This document shows positions 37,162 to 46,628 of a stretch of DNA of 64,000 nucleotides, piece after piece. Each line of letters starts with the position of its first letter. Position 1 is the first letter of the stretch. A program made the position numbers and the translations under genes. This DNA is from Candidatus Poribacteria bacterium (GTDB lineage Bacteria; Poribacteria; WGA-4E; WGA-3G). The notes under the pieces are model-generated. The model made no database searches and was not told where the DNA came from. It saw nothing but the letters and a program-made list of their open reading frames with translations. The stretch lies in assembly GCA_963668035.1 (NCBI GenBank), contig OY764073.1:66930-130929 (forward strand). The letters are read 5' to 3'.

Positions 37162-37707
37162 TTACACAGATTTTGGTGTAAGGATCATTGACATGACACG
37201 CGTTTCCATGCGTGGTGGTTGTTCGACATCGGCAATTTCTGCAAGGTCATCTTTGAGCCGTGAGAGTAGATTGTTACCGAGTTCGGTATGGAGCATCTCA
37301 CGTCCCCGAAATCGGACAGTTGCCCGGACCTTCCACCCATTTTTCAGGAAATCCTCAACATGCCGTTTCTTGAATTGATAGTCGTGTTCCGCGGTATCCG
37401 GTCGGAACTGCATCCCTTTTAAGACAACCTTCGTCTGCTTTTTTCGAGCCTCACGCGCGCGCTTGTTTCTCTCGTACTGGTATTTCCCGTAATCCATGAT
37501 CTTACAAACGGGCGGATTAGCGTTCGGTGAAACCTCTACCAAATCCAATCCAACTTCTTCAGCGCGTTTCAGGGCATCACGCGGCGACATAACGCCCACC
37601 TGCTTATTCTCGTGATCTATTAGTAAAATCTCTTTGGCTCGAATCTGATAATTTGAACGACTCTGTCTTTCCTTCGTTCTCTGATTACGTTTGCCTCTGT
37701 AGTGTAT
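37162..37707 (-). CDS. infC: Translation initiation factor IF-3 (probable non-AUG AUA start)
   Basis: The track ORF (GTG at 37599) lacks the IF3 N-terminal domain. The upstream in-frame extension reads ...RGKRNQRTKERQSRSNYQIRAKEILLIDHENKQVGVMS, which is the IF3 N-domain. The in-frame stop TGA lies immediately upstream of an ATA codon at 37707, with a GGGGG tract 8 nt before it. Confidence 0.7.
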   Translation of the reverse strand: MHYRGKRNQRTKERQSRSNYQIRAKEILLIDHENKQVGVMSPRDALKRAEEVGLDLVEVSPNANPPVCKIMDYGKYQYERNKRAREARKKQTKVVLKGMQFRPDTAEHDYQFKKRHVEDFLKNGWKVRATVRFRGREMLHTELGNNLLSRLKDDLAEIADVEQPPRMETRVMSMILTPKSV

Positions 37708-37954
37708 TTTTCACACCCCCAAGTAAAGGCGCTATCAACGCGCCGCTTACAAGCTATAACCCATAGCGCGCCGCTATTAAAACGACTCATAGCACTACGG
37801 TATTAAGCACTCTATCTACCTACAAAACGTTTTGCATTGACTCGGACGTTACGAAACGCACCACTTGCTCTAAAACAGTGAAGCGAAAGAGCTGAGTACC
37901 TTACATCCGAATCACGATTAATTAATTATACCATATAGGTACTGTAAATGCAAG

Positions 37955-38311
37955 TTAAAAAAAACCGATAGTCCATAACGTGCGTAAAACGATCAAACCG
38001 CCTGCCAAACCTCCGAAAACGACGATTAAACTGATACTGACGATCAGCGCGAGCCGAATAATCTGCTCGCCAAGTTCAGGTTGTTCACTTGCCCAAGCGC
38101 GCGCTAACCAGAAGGTTAACACGACGCTTATTAAACTCAGGAGGCACGCGCCCAGAACCGCCAACAGGATCCCAGAAAAATCTACCATCTGTATCGTTTC
38201 CGGGAGCGAACCGAATTGAGAGTAGCTTTGGATAACACCGATTAAAATGCCACCCAAAACCACAATAAAACCGATAAAAACAATTAGGGTTTTCTTAAAC
38301 GCTTTTCCCAT
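37955..38311 (-). CDS. Small polytopic membrane protein, hypothetical
   Basis: Three or four hydrophobic helices. The track start is TTG. The first ATG is at 38311. The start is uncertain. Confidence 0.45.
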   Translation of the reverse strand: MGKAFKKTLIVFIGFIVVLGGILIGVIQSYSQFGSLPETIQMVDFSGILLAVLGACLLSLISVVLTFWLARAWASEQPELGEQIIRLALIVSISLIVVFGGLAGGLIVLRTLWTIGFF

Positions 38312-38487
38312 TTTAACCAAGACTTTCTCCAAACTTGCAAAGTGCTTTTCGACAATTGTAACATATTGACGGAGCTGATGGCAAAATTTATTGAAATATC
38401 CACGAAAATCTTAAAAGACTTGATATATTCAGCAAAAGGTGCTAAACTAAATTTCAACTGACCAATTTGCATACGGAGGAGTTTTAG

Positions 38488-39078
38488 ATGAATATAGCAT
38501 ACACACCGGCGATCGCCGAAGTTATCGAAAAATTGAAAGCAGGTAATCCGCTACCGACACTTGTCCCGCAGAAGGCGTGGAGCACCGAACTGACAGATGC
38601 GTTGCAAGCGACATCCGTTGAGGAACTTTTTGAGGGGGAAGGCGTGACGAATACCACGCTGGGTGAAGGTATCAAGAGCGGTCTGCTTTTGTGGAACGAT
38701 GCCCTGGATGAATCACATAATATTTCGCAAGAACTCGATAATCAGACAGGCAGCTACTGGCACGGTATGATGCACCGCCGTGAGCCGGACTACAGCAACG
38801 CCAAGTATTGGTTCGGCAGGGTCGGTAGGCACCCGATTTTCCCGGAACTCCGCGAACGCGCCCTTGCAATCTTCAAAGAGACCGCGAATCCGTCAGACGC
38901 ATTGGCACGTATTGCAGAGACGATTGAGGCAGAAGATAGTTGGGATGCGTATCAATTTATTGATTGGTGTCAAGCAGCCGAAGACAATTCTGCCCCTGAT
39001 GTAACCCGTTTTTTGCAACAGGTACAGGCGGAAGAAATCAAACTTTTATTGGCGTATGCCTATCGGCACGCCGTTTAA
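38488..39078 (+). CDS. Hypothetical protein (196 aa)
   Basis: GGAGG RBS. Not assignable to a family by eye (contains SYWHGMMHRREPDY). Confidence 0.55.
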   Translation: MNIAYTPAIAEVIEKLKAGNPLPTLVPQKAWSTELTDALQATSVEELFEGEGVTNTTLGEGIKSGLLLWNDALDESHNISQELDNQTGSYWHGMMHRREPDYSNAKYWFGRVGRHPIFPELRERALAIFKETANPSDALARIAETIEAEDSWDAYQFIDWCQAAEDNSAPDVTRFLQQVQAEEIKLLLAYAYRHAV

Positions 39079-39108
39079 AACCCGCCAATTAACCTGAAGG
39101 AGGCTAAA

Positions 39109-40119
39109 ATGCTTGCCCGAAATAAAACCCGTAGAGAAAGCCGGTGGTATTTGCTCGTTATCGTACTCACCGGATTCGCCGGACTCAGTTCTTGTGTGAG
39201 CACGACGCTTAACACAACCGGTTCAGCTTCAATGACAAGTAACGAGGCGTACGCCGACATCAAAATGACTGCTGAACAACTTGAATATAGCGGTGATCCA
39301 GATGCGCACGAGATGTTCATTGAGAAATCAAGGGCTTTTATCAAGGCACACCCGAAATATAAACGCGTCGATGAGGTATATTATCTGCTCGGAACCAGTT
39401 TAATGCAGCGCAACCGTGCCGAAGAAGGGATTGCAGTATTTGAGGAACTCATTCGGTACTACCCTACTGCCGATTACGTTGAACCGAGTTTGTTAATGTT
39501 GGGATTGGCTTACGATAAAGCCGGTGAACACGATAAGGCGGATCCGCTTTACGAAAAACTGGTAAATCGTACGAGGGACCATGGTAGGAGTAGATACTCT
39601 GAAATCGCACAGCAGCTCCTTGAACAGGATAGAGATGCCAGAACAGGCGAATTAGCTGACGCATCTGCCGCGGACACGGGGCCAAGTGCGAGTCAATTTA
39701 TTAATAAACCTGCGTTAGATTTTCAGGTGACGGATTTGTGGGGCGAATCGCTCTCGCTGTCGCAGTATCGTGGACAGGTCGTGCTGCTCGATTTCTGGGC
39801 GACGTGGTGTTCACCCTGTATCGCTGAGATGCCGAACGTTAAGAGGACCTACGCGAAGTACAAAAACCAGAAGTTTGAGATTATTGGCATCAGTTTAGAT
39901 CAGTCAACAGCACCGCTTGAAGCGTACATCGCAGATAAAGGGCTCACGTGGCGACAATATTGGGATAATAACGACAGGATTGGCAATATGTACAACGTTC
40001 GCTCAATACCGTCAACTTTTCTGATTGATGGTGCAGGCATTATCCGTCAAGTCAATCTGCGGGGCAGCGCGCTTGAGACAGCGGTTGCTGCACTCGTGCA
40101 GGAGAATTTGGAGAATTAA
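39109..40119 (+). CDS. Lipoprotein with an N-terminal TPR-like domain and a TlpA/ResA-type thioredoxin domain
   Basis: Lipobox LSSC. FWATWCSPCIAEMP (WCxxC redox motif). GGAGG RBS. Confidence 0.75.
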   Translation: MLARNKTRRESRWYLLVIVLTGFAGLSSCVSTTLNTTGSASMTSNEAYADIKMTAEQLEYSGDPDAHEMFIEKSRAFIKAHPKYKRVDEVYYLLGTSLMQRNRAEEGIAVFEELIRYYPTADYVEPSLLMLGLAYDKAGEHDKADPLYEKLVNRTRDHGRSRYSEIAQQLLEQDRDARTGELADASAADTGPSASQFINKPALDFQVTDLWGESLSLSQYRGQVVLLDFWATWCSPCIAEMPNVKRTYAKYKNQKFEIIGISLDQSTAPLEAYIADKGLTWRQYWDNNDRIGNMYNVRSIPSTFLIDGAGIIRQVNLRGSALETAVAALVQENLEN

Positions 40120-40183
40120 ATACCGTTTTGCTGGTGAGGTTTACGATAACAAACAAGTTTCAACAAAGCTGAGGAGGTTGAAG

Positions 40184-41947
40184 ATGTTCTGGAAAAATAA
40201 AGTAGGTTCACAACAGAGGGAAAATAGAGGTTTCTGTAATGTCCTTGTTGGCGCGCTCACAGGTCTTGTGCTAATCGGTTTTTGTATGAACTTCGCTGGT
40301 GCCGATGCCGATTCGTTGAAAGCCGCTTACAAATATCAGGAAATTAAGGCGATTACTAAGAGCCTTAGGAAACAGAACACGTCTGAAAATTTAGAGAAGT
40401 TGATGGCGAAAACCAGAGACTTTGTTAAGGCACACCCGGAATACAAACGCGTGGATGAAGTTTACTATCTTCTCGGTAACGCTTTGGTTCGCTTGGAGCG
40501 TGTTGACGAAGGCATTGAAGTCTTTAACGGACTTATCAAGGATCGTCCGAATGCACGCTACGTTGAACGCTGCCTATTAGAATTAGGATTAGCGTATGAC
40601 AAACTCGGCAAGCACGATGAAGCCGATGCGGCTTACCAGCAATTAATAAATCACCCGAAGTACGGCTCACGATCACAAGCGAAACTCGCGAAGAAGATCC
40701 TTGAGCAGGAAAGAACCGACCGAAAGGGCGAATTGCCCAAACCGCCCGGGGCAAGTCCTGCACCCGGAATGCGGCCGAGCGAATGGCTTAACAAACCCGC
40801 ATTGGATTTTCAGGTGACAGATTTAAACGGTGAAACACTCTCCTTAGAAAACTACCGTGGACAAGTTGTTTTGCTCGACTTCTGGGCGACGTGGTGTCCG
40901 CCTTGTATCGCAGAGATACCGAACGTTAAAAGGACTTATGAAAAGTATAAGGATCAGAAGTTCCAAATCATCGGTATCAGTCTTGACAGGTCAAAAGAAC
41001 CGCTTGCGGCATACATTGAGGAAAAGGGGCTCGGATGGCTCCAATATTGGGACAACACGCGCAAAGTTAGCAATCTTTACAAAGTCCAGGCGATCCCGTC
41101 AACCTTTTTGATTGATGGTGAAGGTGTTATCCGCAAGACGAGTCTCCGCGGTCACTCGCTTGAGCATGCCGTCGCCGAATTGGTGAAGGAAAATCTTGCG
41201 AAACCTACCGAGTCGATACCTGCAACGAAGATTCTTAAACAGGAGACAACGCCTGAAGGCGCGCAACGGACGGAACCTAATGTCAGAGACATCATCACTG
41301 CTGCTGTCGCTGCACACGGCGGACTTGAGAAACTACAAGCCGTGAAAAATATCGTGACAGAATCTCACAGTTTTGAACATTTTCCTGATGGGGATGTGCA
41401 GGATGAGGGACGCTCTAAAGCGTACTTTTACCGCGACAAATTCCGTAGCGATTGGGAGGCAAACGGTCAAACAGGCGGTTTAATCTTTGATGGTAATTCT
41501 CTCTTTCAGTTAGCAGATGGCGCGGTCCAACCTGTACCCGCTGAAGCAACTCAATCTTATATTACCTTCTTTAAAGATAGCTTTTTTCGGGAACCGATCT
41601 GGCTTTTACCCATGCTCTCAAAAGGCGATATTCCGGTTCAATACGCAGGCACAGCGGAAGTCAAGGGGATGCCTACGTCCGTTCTTCTTGTTACGCAGCC
41701 TTCTGGGAAAAAGCTGAAAGTCTTCATTAGCGATACAACGCACTATATCGTCCAGTTTAGTTATGACGTTGAGATCGGCGGCGGCGTGGAAAACGTGGTA
41801 GCGTTCTTTGAAGATTATCGGGATGTGGATGGCATTAAAATCGCACATCATCGCGCCACAAAGAACGGTGAATATCGGCAAATCTTGATTACCGATGTTA
41901 AATTGAACGCTGAAGTTGACGAGGCACTGTTTCGACCGGGAGAATAA
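40184..41947 (+). CDS. Paralogous TPR + TlpA-type thioredoxin protein with an extra ~250-aa C-terminal domain
   Basis: FWATWCPPCIAEIP. About 45% identical to the upstream gene over the shared region. The track start (40025) overlaps the previous gene. The ATG at 40184 follows GGAGG. Confidence 0.75.
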   Translation: MFWKNKVGSQQRENRGFCNVLVGALTGLVLIGFCMNFAGADADSLKAAYKYQEIKAITKSLRKQNTSENLEKLMAKTRDFVKAHPEYKRVDEVYYLLGNALVRLERVDEGIEVFNGLIKDRPNARYVERCLLELGLAYDKLGKHDEADAAYQQLINHPKYGSRSQAKLAKKILEQERTDRKGELPKPPGASPAPGMRPSEWLNKPALDFQVTDLNGETLSLENYRGQVVLLDFWATWCPPCIAEIPNVKRTYEKYKDQKFQIIGISLDRSKEPLAAYIEEKGLGWLQYWDNTRKVSNLYKVQAIPSTFLIDGEGVIRKTSLRGHSLEHAVAELVKENLAKPTESIPATKILKQETTPEGAQRTEPNVRDIITAAVAAHGGLEKLQAVKNIVTESHSFEHFPDGDVQDEGRSKAYFYRDKFRSDWEANGQTGGLIFDGNSLFQLADGAVQPVPAEATQSYITFFKDSFFREPIWLLPMLSKGDIPVQYAGTAEVKGMPTSVLLVTQPSGKKLKVFISDTTHYIVQFSYDVEIGGGVENVVAFFEDYRDVDGIKIAHHRATKNGEYRQILITDVKLNAEVDEALFRPGE

Positions 41948-41987
41948 AGCGATGTGGGAGGGGTTGTAACCCCAAATTACGAAAATT

Positions 41988-43100
41988 ATGGCACAGGTCA
42001 CCTTAAAAGATGTCACCAAAATTTACGACGGTGATGTCCTTGCAGTTGAACAGGCGGATTTTCAGATTCCAGATGAGTCGTTTACCGTGCTTGTCGGTCC
42101 CTCAGGATGTGGCAAATCCACGATCTTACGGATGATTGCCGGGTTGGAGGAGATTACCGAAGGCGACATCTACATCGACGACGAACGCATCAACGACACG
42201 CCGCCTAAGGATAGAGACATCGCTATGGTCTTCCAAAACTACGCACTCTATCCGCACATGACGGTGTATAAGAATATGGCGTTCGGGCTGAAACTCCGCA
42301 AATATCCGAAAGCGGAGATCGAACAACGCGTCAAAGCAGCGGCGGAGATTCTGAGTATTTCGCACCTGTTGAATCGTAAACCAAAACATCTCTCCGGTGG
42401 TGAACGCCAACGCGTTGCGGTTGGCAGAGCAATCGTGCGACAGCCGAAGGTATTCCTCTTTGATGAGCCGTTGAGCAATCTTGACGCGAAGCTGCGTGTG
42501 CAAATGCGGATGGAGATCAGCCGTCTACATGACAGGCTTAACGCCACCATCGTCTACGTCACACATGACCAGGTTGAAGCGATGACGATGGGGGACCAGA
42601 TCGTCGTTCTCAATGAGGGGAAAATCCAACAGATTGCGGATCCGGGGACGCTCTACCACAAACCCACAAACCAATTCGTCGGTGGCTTCATCGGCACGCC
42701 ACCGATGAACTTTATAGAGACGGACATCGTGAATAACGGTGGCGACCCGAAACTTAGATTTGAGGGTTTTGAGGTGGCACTGAATTCGCAGCTCCAGTCG
42801 AGACTGAACACACTTTCGGGAGATGCAGTAACGCTCGGTATCCGACCCGAGGATATTCATATCGGCGAAAACGGTGCAAGCTACGCTGAAAATCGCATTG
42901 AAACGCAGGTGGAACTGGTTGAGCCGCTTGGGAATCACGCGCTTTTGTACCTGCGGACAGAGAAAAATAGTTTCGTTGCCCAATCGGATCTCGCTGATTT
43001 ACCACAACACAACGCGCCCTTGACCGTTAGCTTTGACATGAACAAAGCACACCTATTTCACTCAGAGACAGGTGAATCCTTGATTATTAAGGGAGGTTGA
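41988..43100 (+). CDS. ABC transporter ATP-binding protein, MalK/UgpC type (no permease adjacent)
   Basis: Walker A GPSGCGKST. LSGGERQRVAVGRA signature. Walker B VFLFDEPLSNLD. C-terminal TOBE-like domain. Confidence 0.85.
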   Translation: MAQVTLKDVTKIYDGDVLAVEQADFQIPDESFTVLVGPSGCGKSTILRMIAGLEEITEGDIYIDDERINDTPPKDRDIAMVFQNYALYPHMTVYKNMAFGLKLRKYPKAEIEQRVKAAAEILSISHLLNRKPKHLSGGERQRVAVGRAIVRQPKVFLFDEPLSNLDAKLRVQMRMEISRLHDRLNATIVYVTHDQVEAMTMGDQIVVLNEGKIQQIADPGTLYHKPTNQFVGGFIGTPPMNFIETDIVNNGGDPKLRFEGFEVALNSQLQSRLNTLSGDAVTLGIRPEDIHIGENGASYAENRIETQVELVEPLGNHALLYLRTEKNSFVAQSDLADLPQHNAPLTVSFDMNKAHLFHSETGESLIIKGG

Positions 43101-43103
43101 CCA

Positions 43104-43517
43104 ATGAAGCATACAACACAAATTGAACTCGCGAATAGAAAAGACCAGATTTTGGCAGAAGCTGGAGTTATCAAACCTGAAGACATTCGACGGGTAGTCG
43201 TTAAAGACGCTGTTGTGGATACTGGCGCGACGGGGTTGGCTTTACCGAAACCGATCATCGAACAACTCGGGCTGACACCTATCAGGAGCCGAAGGGCCCA
43301 AACGACGAATGGCATCGTTACTCGCACTGTTTATTCGGATGTGGAATACTCAGTATTGGATAGAGAGGGGATTATGTTGGTAACCGACCTACCTGAATCC
43401 CTGCCTGTTCTCGTCGGTCACATGGTTTTGGAATACCTGGATCTCTGTCTGGACATCAAAAAAGGCTTAATTTATAACCCTGACCATGAAGGTGAATGGA
43501 TTGAAGACCAGCTCTGA
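43104..43517 (+). CDS. Retropepsin-like (clan AA) aspartic protease domain protein
   Basis: VVDTGATGLALP (D-T-G-A catalytic motif). 137 aa. The GGGAGG RBS sits 4 nt after the ABC ATPase stop. Confidence 0.65.
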   Translation: MKHTTQIELANRKDQILAEAGVIKPEDIRRVVVKDAVVDTGATGLALPKPIIEQLGLTPIRSRRAQTTNGIVTRTVYSDVEYSVLDREGIMLVTDLPESLPVLVGHMVLEYLDLCLDIKKGLIYNPDHEGEWIEDQL

Positions 43518-43532
43518 GAGGGGTTTTGGATA

Positions 43533-44552
43533 TTATAACATTTTAATTTGGGTCCACGTTTCCGCGTCTATCGGAATGCCTTCCCGTTCCCGTTTGCGTT
43601 GTTCTTCCCAACCGCGTTCCCCTGGCATCCGAATGGTGTCAATACCGGCAGCGCGCTTTGCGGATTTGAGATACCCAATAAACCGCGCTATCTCCGCGCT
43701 GAATCCAGGAAACTCTCTAAAACTTGCAACATTAATCACGAGGACAAACAATCCGTTGCCGACGCGGGCATCTTCACCTTGGCTACACCCTGCACCTGTC
43801 AGCGCGCCCGCAAGAATATCGACAATAACACTCAGCCCGAATCCTTTATGTGCAGCGATCCCACCGAACGGCAATAAGGCAGCCGGTGGCGTGCTATAGA
43901 AATCATTTGCATCTGTCGTCGACTTGCCTGCTGCGTCAATCAACCATCCGTGTGGCAGTGCCTCCTCTCGGTGCTGTTTAACCCGAAGCTTCCCCGATGC
44001 CACAACACTCGTAGACATATCTAATATGATCGGATCTTGTCCTTCAACAGGCACTGCACACGCGATCGGATTCGTAGAGAGTCTACCTTCAACCCCGCCG
44101 TGTGGTGCGACACACGTGCCTCCGCCGTGATCGTTTGCCATGAGCAACGCGATCATTTCCGCATCTGCCGCGAGGCAGGCATAACCGCCTAACCTACCGA
44201 CTTCATTGCACCGTGAAACAGCAACGGAACTTATATCCGTGTGCTTCGCTTTCTGGATTGCCAATTCAACGGCGCGCGTCGCAATTACGGGACCGAACCC
44301 CCAATTGCCATCTAACACCGCAATAGACGCGGATTCGTGCAGCGTCTCTGTTGGTGCGCCGGGTTGGATTAATCCTGCTTCCAGTTCGCGGACATATTTT
44401 GGGAGGTGGATAACGCCGTGGGAATCGTGTCCGACGCGATTGGCATCCACCATAGAGCGGGTTACGATTTCCGCTTCGGCTGCGGGCACCTTTAATTTTT
44501 CAAAGACGTTAAGGCAAATAGCGGTGAGTTCTGCTGCTGTAAAGTTCGGCAT
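43533..44552 (-). CDS. Ldh_2 family dehydrogenase, paralogue 2
   Basis: HDSHG, AAHKGFGLS and PGERG motifs of the Ldh_2 family. The ATG at 44552 has GAAGGAG upstream. The 48 N-terminal codons of the track ORF are an artefact of reading through the upstream direct repeats. Confidence 0.8.
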   Translation of the reverse strand: MPNFTAAELTAICLNVFEKLKVPAAEAEIVTRSMVDANRVGHDSHGVIHLPKYVRELEAGLIQPGAPTETLHESASIAVLDGNWGFGPVIATRAVELAIQKAKHTDISSVAVSRCNEVGRLGGYACLAADAEMIALLMANDHGGGTCVAPHGGVEGRLSTNPIACAVPVEGQDPIILDMSTSVVASGKLRVKQHREEALPHGWLIDAAGKSTTDANDFYSTPPAALLPFGGIAAHKGFGLSVIVDILAGALTGAGCSQGEDARVGNGLFVLVINVASFREFPGFSAEIARFIGYLKSAKRAAGIDTIRMPGERGWEEQRKREREGIPIDAETWTQIKML

Positions 44553-44581
44553 TGCGATGCGGCTCCTTCGCTGGCGAGGTG

Positions 44582-44625
44582 TTTTTGCTTGGGTGTTTCT
44601 GCATATTGCTTGGGTATTTCTGCGG
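44582..44625. promoter_or_regulatory. Tandem 18-19-bp direct repeat (TTGCTTGGGTRTTTCTGC x2), operator-like, 30-75 bp upstream of Ldh_2 paralogue 2
   Basis: GTTTTTGCTTGGGTGTTTCTGCATATTGCTTGGGTATTTCTGCGG. Confidence 0.45.
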
Positions 44626-44708
44626 ATTTCCCCTAGGAACCTCACTATATGGGATACTGCTATTTTACAAATCTCCATCGGTGTTGTCAAGTGCAAATGA
44701 GAAAAAAT

Positions 44709-44859
44709 CAGGGCTATTCAATTGTACCTATTCACTTTATATATGTGAATTTTTTCGTCTGTAGGAGCGAGCTGTGCTCGCGATTTTTTGCTAATAACAT
44801 TCACTTGTGTAAAGCAAAACCAAGATCCAAATCGTACATCCAAATCGTACAATTGAATG
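44709..44859. repeat. Dispersed ~160-bp intergenic repeat, copy B. Contains a terminator-like hairpin GCGAGC-tgt-GCTCGC + T6 at 44764-44790.
   Basis: See copy A. Also an internal 12-bp tandem duplication TCCAAATCGTACA x2 and CAATTG boxes at 44719 and 44850. Confidence 0.8.
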
Positions 44860-45018
44860 TCTCTGAGAAAAAATTTGCCCGTTGTAAGATTTTCCGATTA
44901 AGTTGATAAAAATCCGAAAAGGAGATAAACTAATAGAAAAGCAAATATCTTTTGTGCTATACTTTACAACAACAAGCTTTGACTTACGGAGTGGAGAAAT
45001 GCACAAGGTGGTAAAAAA

Positions 45019-46614
45019 ATGAGACGTTTCGGAACCCAAGGCCGCGTGTACCCTGAAGATAATTACGTTGTCCCGCGCACAGCAGAGGTCGTCGATTTTA
45101 ACAACCGCGTCAAACAGGGACGGTACATCGTTCTGTTCGCGCCCCGGCAAACCGGCAAAACCACCTTTTTCCAGCTGGCACTTGATGAACTCGTCGCAAG
45201 AGATTCAACTTATTTCCTAATTCAACTCAATTTTGAGGCGTATGAAGACTGCACGCCCCCGGAGTTTTACGAGGGGCTCACAGGTGATATGCGTGAGAAA
45301 ATCACAGATTTCTTTCAAGAACGTGGACAGGCACTCCCTAAGACACTCACCGACTTATTAGAAACCACGCAATTCACTAATCACCTCTCTCTGCGACAAT
45401 TCCTTAAGGCGTTGGGAAGAGTGTTAAAGGATCGACGCGTTGTCCTCATCATTGATGAGTTCGACGCTATTCCACGTGATGCCCTGAAAGGTTTTCTTCG
45501 CGTGCTCCGCGATATCTATCTCTCTGGCAGGACGCGATGTCCGCATAGCGTTGGTATTATTGGGGTTAAAGACATCAAACAGCTGGATTACGACAGATCC
45601 ATTTCGCCGTTTAATATCCAAGATGAGTTTCACTTGCCCAATTTCACAGTTGCACAGGTCTGTGAGTTGCTTGTACAGTACACCGACGAGGTCGGTCAAG
45701 TGTTTGAGCCTGAAGTTATTAGGAGCATTCATAGGCAGACCGCCGGACAACCGTTCCTTGTCAACCGATTTGCACAGATTCTCACCGAGGAGCTCGATAT
45801 CCCGAAGAATGAGGCGATCCAGATGGCGCACTTTGCCTCGGCACATACGCAACTCCTTGAAGAAACAAATGCCAATATCAGCCATCTACTAACCAATATC
45901 CGCAGAAATCCGCGTTTTGAAAGCGTCCTGATGCGAATCACTTCTTACGAAACCGGCCTCCGCTTTAATCCTGACGACGAAATCATTAATGAGCTCACTA
46001 CTTATGGAGTCATTACAAAAGGATCCGACCGGATGTGTGAGATACTCAATCCGATATATCAGCAGCGTATCATGCAAGCGTTCAAGCCGCTCGTCAATGG
46101 ATTAGAAAACGAATATTTTTCCAAGGATACCCATCAAGGCTTGGCGGATTATCTGACCCCTACAAGTCAAATTAAGATGGACTCGCTCCTTGACAACTTT
46201 CGGGATTTTATTGCGCGGGCGGGCTTCCGGATTCTATTGGTGCCGAATACACCAAAAGAGTTCGTCGGACAGCATCTTCTCTACGCGTATCTGGATCAAT
46301 TCGTCCAATTAATAAATGGGCATATCTACCTTGAAGGGCAAACTGGACGCGGCAAAATAGACCTCGCGATTTTCCATAACGCCCAAAAATACATCGTTGA
46401 GACCAAGATATGGGAAGGGCTCCGGTCCTATCGAGCTGGCAAGAAACAACTTGCGGCGTATCTGCAATTGGAAGGTGCCGTTGAGGGGTACTATATCGTT
46501 TTTGATCATCGTGAACAACCAGAGCCACAAGTAGAAACGGAGACGGTAGATGGAACGAAGATTCGGAGCTACGTTATCCCCGTGATGCAAAAACGGCCTT
46601 CACAAGCCGGTTAA
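45019..46614 (+). CDS. AAA-ATPase-like + PD-(D/E)xK protein, paralogue 2
   Basis: APRQTGKTTFF. GRGKIDL...YIVETKIW. Paralogous to 30065-31675 on the opposite strand. Confidence 0.75.
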   Translation: MRRFGTQGRVYPEDNYVVPRTAEVVDFNNRVKQGRYIVLFAPRQTGKTTFFQLALDELVARDSTYFLIQLNFEAYEDCTPPEFYEGLTGDMREKITDFFQERGQALPKTLTDLLETTQFTNHLSLRQFLKALGRVLKDRRVVLIIDEFDAIPRDALKGFLRVLRDIYLSGRTRCPHSVGIIGVKDIKQLDYDRSISPFNIQDEFHLPNFTVAQVCELLVQYTDEVGQVFEPEVIRSIHRQTAGQPFLVNRFAQILTEELDIPKNEAIQMAHFASAHTQLLEETNANISHLLTNIRRNPRFESVLMRITSYETGLRFNPDDEIINELTTYGVITKGSDRMCEILNPIYQQRIMQAFKPLVNGLENEYFSKDTHQGLADYLTPTSQIKMDSLLDNFRDFIARAGFRILLVPNTPKEFVGQHLLYAYLDQFVQLINGHIYLEGQTGRGKIDLAIFHNAQKYIVETKIWEGLRSYRAGKKQLAAYLQLEGAVEGYYIVFDHREQPEPQVETETVDGTKIRSYVIPVMQKRPSQAG

Positions 46615-46628
46615 ACAGCGGCACACCG

